NCBI RefSeq assembly: GCF_001945605.1
Contig: NZ_MPKA01000057.1
Coordinates: 1 to 32,000, forward strand
Direction: 5' to 3'
Source of the DNA: Dubosiella newyorkensis
GTDB taxonomy: Bacteria; Bacillota_I; Bacilli_A; Erysipelotrichales; Erysipelotrichaceae
Length of the DNA stretch: 32,000 bases
Both the position numbers and the translations under genes were made by a program. The notes beneath the pieces are model-generated. The model had not been told where the DNA came from and did not search any database. It saw only the letters and a program-made list of their open reading frames with translations. Each line of letters begins with the position of its first letter. Position 1 is the stretch's first letter. Positions 1-8,392 of this stretch are shown one piece after another.

Positions 1-59
1 TCCTGTCAAGTTTTCAAAGATCGTCCCTGCCTTGAAGCTCTCTGCCTCAACGCTCACTC

Positions 60-88
60 ATATTACCATGAATGAACTGTTCTGTCAA
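60..88 (-). promoter_or_regulatory. sigma-A type promoter firing leftward out of the window; product unknown
   Basis: The minus strand reads TTGACA (83-88), a 17-nt spacer, then TGgTAATAT (-10 at 60-65, extended TG at 67-68). It lies about 115 nt downstream of the nrnA-operon terminator. I see no plausible start codon in the roughly 50 nt of transcript visible before the window edge. Confidence 0.55.
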
Positions 89-198
89 CACTTTTTTCAA
101 TATTTTTTGAATATTTTTAGAGGACAGTTGAAGCGGGTTCTTGGGCTCAAAGCTTGTTTATAATAGCGCTTCAACATGTATCTATCAAGGAAAACGCC

Positions 199-230
199 AA
201 AGAAAAGAACCAGATACACTGGTTCTTTTT
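199..230. terminator. intrinsic terminator ending the smc-ftsY-ylxM-ackA-nrnA unit; hairpin flanked by T/A runs on both strands
   Basis: Stem GAACCAG (207-213), loop ataca, stem CTGGTTC (219-225). There is a TTTTT run on the plus side and TTTTCTTT on the minus side. It starts 3 nt past the nrnA stop codon. Confidence 0.75.
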
Positions 231-232
231 CA

Positions 233-1168
233 CTATAACGCTTTTAAGCGATCTATGATCTGTAAAACTTGTTTTTGATCCAGGCCTTTGATCCCTGCAG
301 CACAAGTATGTCCGCCTCCACCAAAATCAGCCGCGATTTCTCGAACATCCAAAGATCTTGAACGAAGAGAAGCATTAAAAGCATTCGGTTCTTTTTCTGT
401 AAATAACGCCCAAGCTTTAACTTCGTTGACACCGGAAAGAGCATACACCTTTTCTTTCGCTTGAGAAAAGGTGAGGCCTTCCTCTTCATAGGACTCAATA
501 TTCATAATTGCATATAAAACGCCCTCTTGATAAAGTGCATTGTTGCGAACTTCAGTTTCATATCGAAAATCTCGTAAAGAGATTCCAAAATTCTTGTCAT
601 TTGCTTTTTGAACATTCGCACCTTGCTCAATCAAATAAGCGCCTGCAAGAAGTGATTCTGGTCGAGTATTGCTTGTAGTATATCGAATATTATCCGCGAC
701 AAGCCCCTCATACAAGTATTGAGCTGCTTCTTTAGGAATTGAAAGGTTTTGGGCTTTAAAAAATAGCGCGATCAATTCGCAAGTGGCGCTCGCTTCTGGT
801 TCTAGCCATTCGAGCGAAGCCAATGTTTCTACCGGAACATGATGATCGATACGAATCCTTGATTTAGCAAGCATGAAGCGTGGATCGTCGATCCTTTCTT
901 TATTCGCTGTATCTAAAACGATAGCTAGAGAATTTTTGATCGTTTCATCGTCGACACTATCCATTGCCTCGTCATCCTTGCTCATTGTCCCTAACGCATA
1001 GATCTTTTTTTCAGGATATATATTTTGCAATGCTTTTTTCAACCCAATCTGAGAGCCAATCGCATCCATGTCAGGAAATTGATGCCGGAAGATCGTGATC
1101 GTCTCGTGTTGTTCGATCTCTTCTTGGATCTTATTGAGCTTTTCCATCGACAAGATCTTTATATGCAT
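233..1168 (-). CDS. nrnA: DHH/DHHA1 family phosphoesterase, NrnA-like oligoribonuclease/pAp phosphatase
   Basis: 311-aa ORF with the motifs ITIFRHxxPDMDAIGS, IDHH and GGGGH (DHHA1). The start is ambiguous: the ATG at 1147 (MEKLNK...) gives a more typical N-terminus. Either start overlaps the ackA 3' end. Confidence 0.85.
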   Translation of the reverse strand: MHIKILSMEKLNKIQEEIEQHETITIFRHQFPDMDAIGSQIGLKKALQNIYPEKKIYALGTMSKDDEAMDSVDDETIKNSLAIVLDTANKERIDDPRFMLAKSRIRIDHHVPVETLASLEWLEPEASATCELIALFFKAQNLSIPKEAAQYLYEGLVADNIRYTTSNTRPESLLAGAYLIEQGANVQKANDKNFGISLRDFRYETEVRNNALYQEGVLYAIMNIESYEEEGLTFSQAKEKVYALSGVNEVKAWALFTEKEPNAFNASLRSRSLDVREIAADFGGGGHTCAAGIKGLDQKQVLQIIDRLKAL

Positions 1169-2333
1169 CTCTTGCCAACATCACTTCTTCATTCGTCGGC
1201 AATACCCAAACGGCAATCTTGGATTCAGGTGTAGAGATTTCTTGTTCTTTACCACGAACATTGTTCTTCTCTTCGCTGATCTCTACGCCAAGAACTTTCA
1301 ATCCCTTGCATACATCTTCACGAACATTGATCGCATTTTCACCAATTCCGCCAGCAAATACGATAGCGTCGCATCCGCCCATCAAAGTATAATATCCACC
1401 AACTGTCTCGATGATCCGGTCGATATAGATCTTTTCTGTCAAGATCGCTCTTTCGTTGCCCTCTTTAATGGCATTTTCAATATCCCGTGAGTCAGAAGAG
1501 ATCCCCGAGATACCAAGCATTCCAGACTGCTTATTCAAAATATTATCGAGTTCATCCGCTGAATATCCATACTTTTTCTGAAGGTAGATCAAGATCGCTG
1601 GATCGATATCTCCAGAACGTGTTCCCATCATGACACCAGAAAGCGGCGTGAATCCCATAGACGTCTTAAAAGACTTCCCATTTTTGATTGCTGTGATTGA
1701 CGCACCATTCCCTAAGTGGCAAGTAATGATATTCATCTCCTGAACAGGTTTGCCTTCGATTTCCGCAAGACGTTCTAATAAATATTTATGACTTGTACCG
1801 TGCATACCATAACGGCGAATATGATCATTTTCATAATATTGGTATGGGATCGGATAAATGTAATTTTCTTTCGGCATCGTTTGATGGAAAGCTGTATCAA
1901 ACACAAATGTATGCGAGGCGTTTGGAAGCGCTTCCTTAAAAGAACGATATCCGACCAATCCAGCAGGATTGTGAAGTGGCGCTAATGGAATACATTCCTC
2001 GAACTTCTCTTCGGCATCAGGAGTTGCGACTACAGACTCCGAATAGAATTCTCCACCATGAACCATACGATGACCAACTGCTTCAATTTCTTCAAGAGAG
2101 TGTACGATATTATGCTCTAACAAAGCATCGATCAAAAGCTCGACCGCTCTAGTATGATTTGGGATCTCTGTTACTGTTTCGAATTTTTCATCCCCCACTT
2201 TGATAGAAAAGATCGCGTCGTTCAATCCAATCCGTTCAACTAAACCTTTTGCGAGAACTTTTTCACTTGGCATTTCGAACACTTGAAATTTCAAAGATGA
2301 GCTTCCCGCGTTAACACTCATTACGATAGACAT
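1131..2333 (-). CDS. ackA: acetate kinase
   Basis: 400 aa. The N-terminal VNAGSSSLKF motif and full-length collinearity fit AckA. The AGGAGG Shine-Dalgarno overlaps the ylxM stop codon (TAGGAGGAAAAAATG). Confidence 0.95.
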   Translation of the reverse strand: MSIVMSVNAGSSSLKFQVFEMPSEKVLAKGLVERIGLNDAIFSIKVGDEKFETVTEIPNHTRAVELLIDALLEHNIVHSLEEIEAVGHRMVHGGEFYSESVVATPDAEEKFEECIPLAPLHNPAGLVGYRSFKEALPNASHTFVFDTAFHQTMPKENYIYPIPYQYYENDHIRRYGMHGTSHKYLLERLAEIEGKPVQEMNIITCHLGNGASITAIKNGKSFKTSMGFTPLSGVMMGTRSGDIDPAILIYLQKKYGYSADELDNILNKQSGMLGISGISSDSRDIENAIKEGNERAILTEKIYIDRIIETVGGYYTLMGGCDAIVFAGGIGENAINVREDVCKGLKVLGVEISEEKNNVRGKEQEISTPESKIAVWVLPTNEEVMLARDAYKDLVDGKAQ

Positions 2334-2342
2334 TTTTTCCTC

Positions 2343-2642
2343 CTATTGATTGAGCAGCTCGGCAAGCGAGCGCTTACATTGTTCCAAATTTGTGGACGAA
2401 TCTATTATAGAATAAATTGTGTCTTTAAATTGTAAAAATTTGATGTTTTCTTCAAATTTTTCTAACAATTTTAACCCTCGATGCACAGAATCCATCACAG
2501 ATTGTCTCGAAATCTGCAATTCTTCACTGATTTCTGTATAAGAAAGATCTTCTTGATAATACAATTTAAGAATTTCTTGCTGCCGTTTTGTCAATAAAGA
2601 ACCATACGCATCAAACAATAGATTCGCATCAAATTTATTCAT
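2343..2642 (-). CDS. ylxM: YlxM/UPF0122 small HTH protein, usually associated with SRP genes
   Basis: The sequence LFDAYGSLLTKRQQEILKLYYQEDLSYTEISEELQISRQSV is a sigma-70 region-4-like HTH typical of YlxM. I prefer the ATG at 2642, which has GAAAGG 8 nt upstream, over the TTG at 2666 used by the ORF track. Confidence 0.85.
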   Translation of the reverse strand: MNKFDANLLFDAYGSLLTKRQQEILKLYYQEDLSYTEISEELQISRQSVMDSVHRGLKLLEKFEENIKFLQFKDTIYSIIDSSTNLEQCKRSLAELLNQ

Positions 2643-3597
2643 TCTCAAGACCTTTCGTGATTCCAATCAAATACGAATTCAGGTCAAACTCTTTGAGATC
2701 TTCTGGCTTTTCACCTAAGCCTAAGAAACGGACAGGAAGTTCTAGCTGATCTCGAATCGCCATCACGATACCACCTTTTGCGGTTCCATCCATCTTTGTC
2801 AATACGATACCGCTCACATTTGTCGCTTCCATGAATTCTTGAGCTTGCATGATTCCATTTTGACCCGTAGTCGCATCCAAGACCAGCCATACTTCTTGGG
2901 GCGCTCCTTCGATTTCTTTTTGAACAACTCGATTCATCTTCGAGAGTTCTTTCATTAAATTTTTCTTATTTTGCAGGCGGCCTGCAGTATCCGCGATCAA
3001 AATGTCGATTTCATGATCTTTTGCATATCGGCAAGCATCAACGAGCACCGAGCTAGGATCTTGTCCTTGCTTTCCTTTGATACAAGGAACATCTAATCGC
3101 TTAGCCCATGTATTGATCTGATCGATCGCTCCTGCGCGGAAAGTATCAGCCGCTGCTACAGCTACACTTTTTCCCTCATTTTTAAAAAATTCAATTAATT
3201 TAGCGCTCGTTGTCGTTTTTCCAGATCCATTTACGCCCACCATCAAAATAACTGTAGGTCCATTTTCATTGAAACGGATCGGATCATCGAGTTCAGGATC
3301 GTAAAAATCATAGAGGATCGAAATCAAATAATCTTCCATCGAATCGTACTTTTTGATGTTCTTTCCCTCTTTTTCAAAACGGTCAATGATCTTTTGGGCT
3401 GTATGGATCCCAACATCGCTTTCCAAAAGGAGGATCATGATCTCCTCCAACAACTCATCATCGATGCCATGAAAGTTGTTCGAGAGAGTACGTAGCCGAT
3501 CACCAAAGCTTTTTTGTGACCGCGACAATCCCGACAAGTATTTGTCTTTATCTTTATTCTTCGAGAAAGCATCTTTTATTTTTTGAAACAAAGCCAT
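2635..3597 (-). CDS. ftsY: signal recognition particle receptor FtsY
   Basis: 320 aa with the SRP-GTPase motifs GVNGSGKTTT, DTAGR and TKMDGTAKGG. The start ATG overlaps the smc stop codon (TAATG). Confidence 0.95.
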   Translation of the reverse strand: MALFQKIKDAFSKNKDKDKYLSGLSRSQKSFGDRLRTLSNNFHGIDDELLEEIMILLLESDVGIHTAQKIIDRFEKEGKNIKKYDSMEDYLISILYDFYDPELDDPIRFNENGPTVILMVGVNGSGKTTTSAKLIEFFKNEGKSVAVAAADTFRAGAIDQINTWAKRLDVPCIKGKQGQDPSSVLVDACRYAKDHEIDILIADTAGRLQNKKNLMKELSKMNRVVQKEIEGAPQEVWLVLDATTGQNGIMQAQEFMEATNVSGIVLTKMDGTAKGGIVMAIRDQLELPVRFLGLGEKPEDLKEFDLNSYLIGITKGLENE

Positions 3598-6527
3598 TAT
3601 CTTCCCTCCTTGTCAATATATTGAACCGCATCTTTCAGCATAACTTTTAGAATTTGAGAGACTCCATCTTGCTGCATGGTCACCCCGTATAAAGTATCGC
3701 ATTGCTCCATCGTTCCAGGACGATGAGTGACGACGATAAATTGAGACTGATTCCTGAAATGAGCCAAATACTTCGCAAAACGTTCCACATTGCTTTGGTC
3801 TAGAGCCGCTTCGACTTCATCAAAAATACATAAAGGAATCAAACGAGCTTGTAAGATCGAAAAAAGAACACTGATCGCGATCAACGCTTTTTCGCCTCCC
3901 GAAAAAGATTGAATGTTTTTGATCGTCTTGCCTGGAGGTTGTACATCGATATCGATTCCTGTATTTAGGACATCCTCTGGATCTACAAGGCTCAGCCTTG
4001 CTTTACCTCCACCAAACATCGCCTTGAACACTCCATCGAGTTCTTGATTGATCTTATTGAACATTGTGGTGAAGTTTTCAACCATGGTCTTATCCATTTG
4101 ATCGATCGCCTCTAAGATCTGTTTGGAAGCATCTAGAAGATCTTCCTTTTGAGAAGTCAAAAAAGTATACCGTTCTTTGATCTCTTCAAATTCTTGTGGC
4201 GCATCCAAGTTCACGTTTCCTAGACGTTTAATTTTCGCCCTCAACTCTCTTACTAGTTCTTTTGCTTTTGGAAGGTCGACCTCTTTTCTTTTTGAGCACG
4301 CAAATTCATATGTCATTTGATAATTTGTATTCAAGCGCTCCAATGCAGAACTTTGTTTCGTCTTTGTGGTCGCAAGTTCCATTTCTTGTTTATGGAGCGT
4401 TTGCACCCATACGTTGACGCTCCTGCGTAAACTACGGATCTCTTCTTCAAGTTTTTCCATCGCTTCGCCAACACCAAAACGATTTTGCCTTTCAACCGTT
4501 AAATTTCGTGACAACTCATCTTTTTTGGCATGATTTTTTGCGATTGCTTGAATCAACGAATCGTCCAACTCTATAGATTCAGCGCTGCTGTCTACAGAAA
4601 TCACATTATAATCAGCGCATATTGAATCGTATTTTTCTTTTTTGACTTGAACGATATTTTCGATCTTCGCCCGCTCGATCTGCAAAGAGACTTTTTGATC
4701 TTCTATGCTTTTTTTCTTTTGCTCGTATTCTCTTTGTTTTTCGTGCAACTCTTCAAGATTGCTTTTTTGATGTGATAAACGGGTCTCAATCTCCTTCATT
4801 TCTTCTTGCATCGTGATTGGATTTGTGTTGGATCGCGACCGTCCGCCGCTCATCGCTCCTCCTGTGTGCACGATATCTCCATCTTTTGTAACGATTTTTA
4901 AAGAATAGTGGATCCGTTTTGCGACCTCATTCGCATGTTCGAGTGTATCTGTCACTACAATATTTCCTAAAAGGCGGCTTTTTAAAGAATTATACCTTGA
5001 ATCATTTTCTACAAAGTCGCACGCCCAGCCTAGGACCCCTTCGGATTGTTCTACGATCGCTTTTTGACGCTCATTAGGATATCGAGGAGAGCACACACTC
5101 AAAGGAAGAAACGTCGCTCTTCCCGATCGATTTCGTTTTAGAAAGTCGATGGCGTTACGCGCAGAGCGCTCATCCTTCGTAACGATTTGATACATCACTC
5201 CACCTAATGCGTTGGAAATCGCTTGTCCAAATTCTGGTTTCGCTTTTAGAAGTTGCGCGATCGTGCCTTCGATCCCATAAAGTGAATTTTTCGCTTCCAT
5301 GATCACTTTGACACCGCCTTGATGTTGATAAGGAGATTCCATCATCGATCTTAAAATATGTTTCCGATTTAACGTCTTTTGAAACAAAGAGCTCGCTTGT
5401 CTTTCTTCCTGGACAATTTGATCAAGCCTATTTGAAATTTGTCTAAAAAAATCGTTTTTTTCTTTTGCTTGCTCGTCCAATTCTTCAAATCGCTTCTTTC
5501 GATCCTCATATTCAAATCGAGCTTCTTCTTTGAGCGTATAGAGCGTCTTTTTTTGTTCTGCAAGATCGGCTGTCTGTAATGTATACTTTCTTTTTTCATC
5601 GAGTTCGATCTTTTGCTTCTCTAAGTCCACGCTTTCTTCCATCACTTTTGTATATTCTTGCTGGAGAGATTGAATCCGCGAATCCAATTGATATGCTGAT
5701 TTTTTAAGATGATTCAGCCTTTCTTCCTTCTCCTCTAAAAGCTCGGTATCATTGGTATAATTAAGATTTTGATCATCCATGCTTTTTTGAAGGGCCGCGA
5801 TCGTTTGCGCATACGATTCGATCTCTTCGACCAATACGCTGATCTCAATATCGGAAAGCTCTTCGCGATACGCGATATATTGGCGCGCTTTTTCGGCTTG
5901 TTTTTCCAAAGGCTTTAATTGTCTATCCAATTCATCGATGATATCCTGGAGCCGGTCAAGGTTTTCTTTTGTCTTCTCGAGCTTGCTTAAAGAAGCTTGT
6001 TTGCGTTTTTTGTATTTAGCCACCCCTGCAGCTTCTTCAAACAAAGAGCGCCTTTCTTCGGGTTTCGCATCCGCGAAAGCAGAAATGTTCCCTTGAGAAA
6101 TAATACTTAAAGAATCGCGCCCTAGACCTGTATCCATGATGAGTTCTTGAATATCCTTTAAACGACAAGGCGTTCGGTTGATCGTATATGTCGCCTCATT
6201 GTTGGAACGCTGGATTTGTCGAGCAATCTCAACTTCGTCAAAAGGAGTGTCAAAAATACGGCGCGAGTTGTCGAACACCAAGCTCACCTTAGCCATATTG
6301 ACTTTCTTTTTTTGCTCGCTTCCCGAGAAAATGATGTCACTCATATTTCCGCCTGATCGAAGCGACTTGACACTTTGTTCTCCTAAGACCCAGCGGATCG
6401 CGTCGTTGATGTTGCTTTTGCCACATCCATTCGGTCCTACGATCCCGGTTATATCTTGATCGAACTGCAAAACGGTTTTATTGGCAAAACTTTTAAATCC
6501 CTGCAATTCGATTCGTTTTAAAAACAT
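3597..6527 (-). CDS. smc: chromosome segregation protein SMC
   Basis: Walker A motif GPNGCGKSN, long heptad-rich arms, a hinge region, and the C-terminal signature FSGGEKAL followed by the Walker B motif IFDEVEAALD. I prefer the ATG at 6527 (MFLKRIELQGFKSF), preceded by AGGTGA, over the TTG at 6542. Confidence 0.95.
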   Translation of the reverse strand: MFLKRIELQGFKSFANKTVLQFDQDITGIVGPNGCGKSNINDAIRWVLGEQSVKSLRSGGNMSDIIFSGSEQKKKVNMAKVSLVFDNSRRIFDTPFDEVEIARQIQRSNNEATYTINRTPCRLKDIQELIMDTGLGRDSLSIISQGNISAFADAKPEERRSLFEEAAGVAKYKKRKQASLSKLEKTKENLDRLQDIIDELDRQLKPLEKQAEKARQYIAYREELSDIEISVLVEEIESYAQTIAALQKSMDDQNLNYTNDTELLEEKEERLNHLKKSAYQLDSRIQSLQQEYTKVMEESVDLEKQKIELDEKRKYTLQTADLAEQKKTLYTLKEEARFEYEDRKKRFEELDEQAKEKNDFFRQISNRLDQIVQEERQASSLFQKTLNRKHILRSMMESPYQHQGGVKVIMEAKNSLYGIEGTIAQLLKAKPEFGQAISNALGGVMYQIVTKDERSARNAIDFLKRNRSGRATFLPLSVCSPRYPNERQKAIVEQSEGVLGWACDFVENDSRYNSLKSRLLGNIVVTDTLEHANEVAKRIHYSLKIVTKDGDIVHTGGAMSGGRSRSNTNPITMQEEMKEIETRLSHQKSNLEELHEKQREYEQKKKSIEDQKVSLQIERAKIENIVQVKKEKYDSICADYNVISVDSSAESIELDDSLIQAIAKNHAKKDELSRNLTVERQNRFGVGEAMEKLEEEIRSLRRSVNVWVQTLHKQEMELATTKTKQSSALERLNTNYQMTYEFACSKRKEVDLPKAKELVRELRAKIKRLGNVNLDAPQEFEEIKERYTFLTSQKEDLLDASKQILEAIDQMDKTMVENFTTMFNKINQELDGVFKAMFGGGKARLSLVDPEDVLNTGIDIDVQPPGKTIKNIQSFSGGEKALIAISVLFSILQARLIPLCIFDEVEAALDQSNVERFAKYLAHFRNQSQFIVVTHRPGTMEQCDTLYGVTMQQDGVSQILKVMLKDAVQYIDKEGR

Positions 6528-6550
6528 AGCTTCACCTGCCAATCTTAGTT

Positions 6551-6581
6551 ATTATAGCATACGTGGTTGCATTTCTTGCAA
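6551..6581 (-). promoter_or_regulatory. candidate smc operon promoter with an extended -10
   Basis: The minus strand reads TGcTATAAT (-10 at 6551-6556, TG at 6558-6559). The nearest -35-like hexamer is the palindromic TTGCAA (6576-6581), at a long 19-nt spacing. Confidence 0.45.
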
Positions 6582-6604
6582 TTGGTTCCGTTTCAAATTA
6601 GAAT
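6576..6604 (+). promoter_or_regulatory. promoter of the hemolysin-III family gene
   Basis: TTGCAA (6576-6581), 17-nt spacer, TAGAAT (6599-6604). The ATG at 6611 begins exactly 6 nt after the -10 hexamer. Confidence 0.55.
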
Positions 6605-6610
6605 GAGCCC

Positions 6611-7276
6611 ATGAATAAAAATACACAAGAAGATCTAATGAAAAACTCTTATCCGCTTTCTTTTGGTGAAGAAATCGGAAATTCTGTTTCCCATGGCGTA
6701 ATGGCGCTCATCCTTCTATTCACGCTCCCTTATTATGCGATCCGCTCCTACCTGATGGGTGGCTCTCGGGTAGCGATCGGAATATCGATCTATTTTTTCT
6801 GTATGTTTTTTATGTTTGCGGGAAGCTGTTTGTATCATGCGATGAAGTATGGAACATTCCATAAATATGTGTTTCGTAAACTCGATCACATCATGATTCT
6901 CTTGGCGATCGCTGGGACGTATACGCCGATCTGTTTGATCGTTCTTCCTAACTGGATCGGATACACGATCTTAGCGATCGAATGGCTGATGGTACTGGCA
7001 GGTGTTCTTTTGAAAAGCATCAGCAATAAGAAACATAAAGTCCTTTCTATGACGATCTATATGGTGATGGGGTGGATGGCGATCTTTATTCTCCCATCAT
7101 TGATGGCCAATACGAACTGGATTTTCATGACTCTATTGGTGACTGGCGGGATCTTATACACGATTGGCGCTTTCTTTTACGCTCATCCTGAAAAAAACTT
7201 TTTTCATTTTACTTGGCATATCCTGATCGTATTAGCAAGCATTTGTCATTTGATCGCCATTCTCTACTTTCTATAA
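6611..7276 (+). CDS. hemolysin III / PAQR family integral membrane protein (YplQ/TrhA-like)
   Basis: 221 aa with seven predicted hydrophobic helices. The N-terminal SHG, HAxxY, LDH and C-terminal HxxxH-type histidine motifs are typical of the family. Confidence 0.85.
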   Translation: MNKNTQEDLMKNSYPLSFGEEIGNSVSHGVMALILLFTLPYYAIRSYLMGGSRVAIGISIYFFCMFFMFAGSCLYHAMKYGTFHKYVFRKLDHIMILLAIAGTYTPICLIVLPNWIGYTILAIEWLMVLAGVLLKSISNKKHKVLSMTIYMVMGWMAIFILPSLMANTNWIFMTLLVTGGILYTIGAFFYAHPEKNFFHFTWHILIVLASICHLIAILYFL

Positions 7277-7281
7277 AAAAG

Positions 7282-7311
7282 AAAAAAGCTGGAAAATTCT
7301 CCAGCTTTTTT
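7282..7311. terminator. bidirectional intrinsic terminator between the convergent hlyIII-family gene and rseP
   Basis: AAAAAAGCTGGA-aaatt-CTCCAGCTTTTTT: a GC-containing stem with an A-run upstream and a T-run downstream. It overlaps the rseP stop codon. Confidence 0.8.
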
Positions 7312-8374
7312 AGAGCAAACGTACTATATCGTTATAGGTTGCAAAAATAAAGATGCCAAACAACAAGATGAAGCTGCCTAAGATTATATTTTCGATTAAT
7401 TGCTCATTGATCTTGCGATTAAAGATCCTCTCTAAAGCTAAAATCAAGATCCTGCCTCCATCAAGAGCAGGAATTGGCAGCAAATTAAAGATCCCAATAT
7501 TCAAAGAAATCAGCGCGAATAACGAAAGATACGATAAAAACCCAAGTTGTGTCGATTTTTGAGTCACATTTAAGATCCCAACAGGACCCGATAAATTTTC
7601 AAAGCCTTTTCCTTTGACCAATTGCGCCAAGGATCTAAAAATCGATGTCGTTCCATCCCACATATTTTTAAGTCCAGCGCCAAAAGATTCATACCACGCG
7701 ATCTTGCGGACTTGACTTTTCGCATAGATTCCCAAAGTAGCAATTTGATTCTCTTCATCAAGATCAGGAGTGATTGCTAGATCAAAGGTTTTCCCCTCTC
7801 TTTCAATCGTAAATATACTTTCTCCTTTATTGAATTGAAGAAATTCCGTTACTTCGTATAAAGTCTTTGGATGAATCGTTTCCGAGCCATGTACGACTTG
7901 AACAATCTGATCTCCGCTTTGAAGACCCGCTTTTTGTGCAGCCGAATTTTCAACGACTTCATCCACGATTGGAAGCGGATCTTCGACCACATAGCCCTGA
8001 GCCATTGAGATCCCAATATATAATACCGCAGCTAATACAAAATTCATGCATACGCCCGCAGCCATGATCACAATCTGCTTCCATGTCGATTGATGATTCA
8101 ACCATCTTTCTCTTGGGATTTTTTCAAGCTCAAGATCCGAATCGGAGCCATCATTCTCCCCGACCATTTTTACATAGCCACCAATAGGGATTGCTCGAAG
8201 AGAATAGATCGTCTCTTTTCCCTTTTTTTGATACAGCGCTGGACCCATTCCTACTGAAAATTCTTCACAATAGACGCCAAAATGTTTAGCTGCAAGCATA
8301 TGACCTAGCTCATGGATCACGACGATCACGCTAAGCATGAATAAAAATGCGATGATTCCTATCACAAAATCCAT
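7310..8374 (-). CDS. rseP: RIP metalloprotease RseP/RasP (site-2 protease)
   Basis: 354 aa with the HELGH zinc motif in TM1, a central PDZ-like segment and the NLLPIPALDGG motif. Confidence 0.9.
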   Translation of the reverse strand: MDFVIGIIAFLFMLSVIVVIHELGHMLAAKHFGVYCEEFSVGMGPALYQKKGKETIYSLRAIPIGGYVKMVGENDGSDSDLELEKIPRERWLNHQSTWKQIVIMAAGVCMNFVLAAVLYIGISMAQGYVVEDPLPIVDEVVENSAAQKAGLQSGDQIVQVVHGSETIHPKTLYEVTEFLQFNKGESIFTIEREGKTFDLAITPDLDEENQIATLGIYAKSQVRKIAWYESFGAGLKNMWDGTTSIFRSLAQLVKGKGFENLSGPVGILNVTQKSTQLGFLSYLSLFALISLNIGIFNLLPIPALDGGRILILALERIFNRKINEQLIENIILGSFILLFGIFIFATYNDIVRLL

Positions 8375-8392
8375 ACAATTCCCCCTTAATTA

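Noticed and set aside
2-163. Plus-strand ORF open from the window edge to a TAA at 161-163, a possible C-terminal fragment of a convergent gene
   Set aside because: The peptide (…FCQHFFQYFLNIFRGQLKRVLGLKACL) has no recognisable motif. The same DNA carries a near-consensus minus-strand promoter (60-88). That promoter fits the pattern of terminator then promoter then next minus-strand unit seen throughout the window. The ORF could still be real, and sequence to the left is needed to decide.
1131-1168. A 38-nt overlap between ackA and the DHH phosphoesterase ORF as a possible frameshift or fusion
   Set aside because: Both proteins are full length with intact termini. The overlap shrinks to 17 nt if the more plausible internal ATG (1147) is used. 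Short same-strand overlaps are common throughout this window.
6611-7276. The 'hemolysin III' gene as a virulence or toxin locus
   Set aside because: The PAQR/YplQ family is a widespread housekeeping membrane-protein family. The name is historical. The gene is single, with no secretion or regulatory partners nearby.
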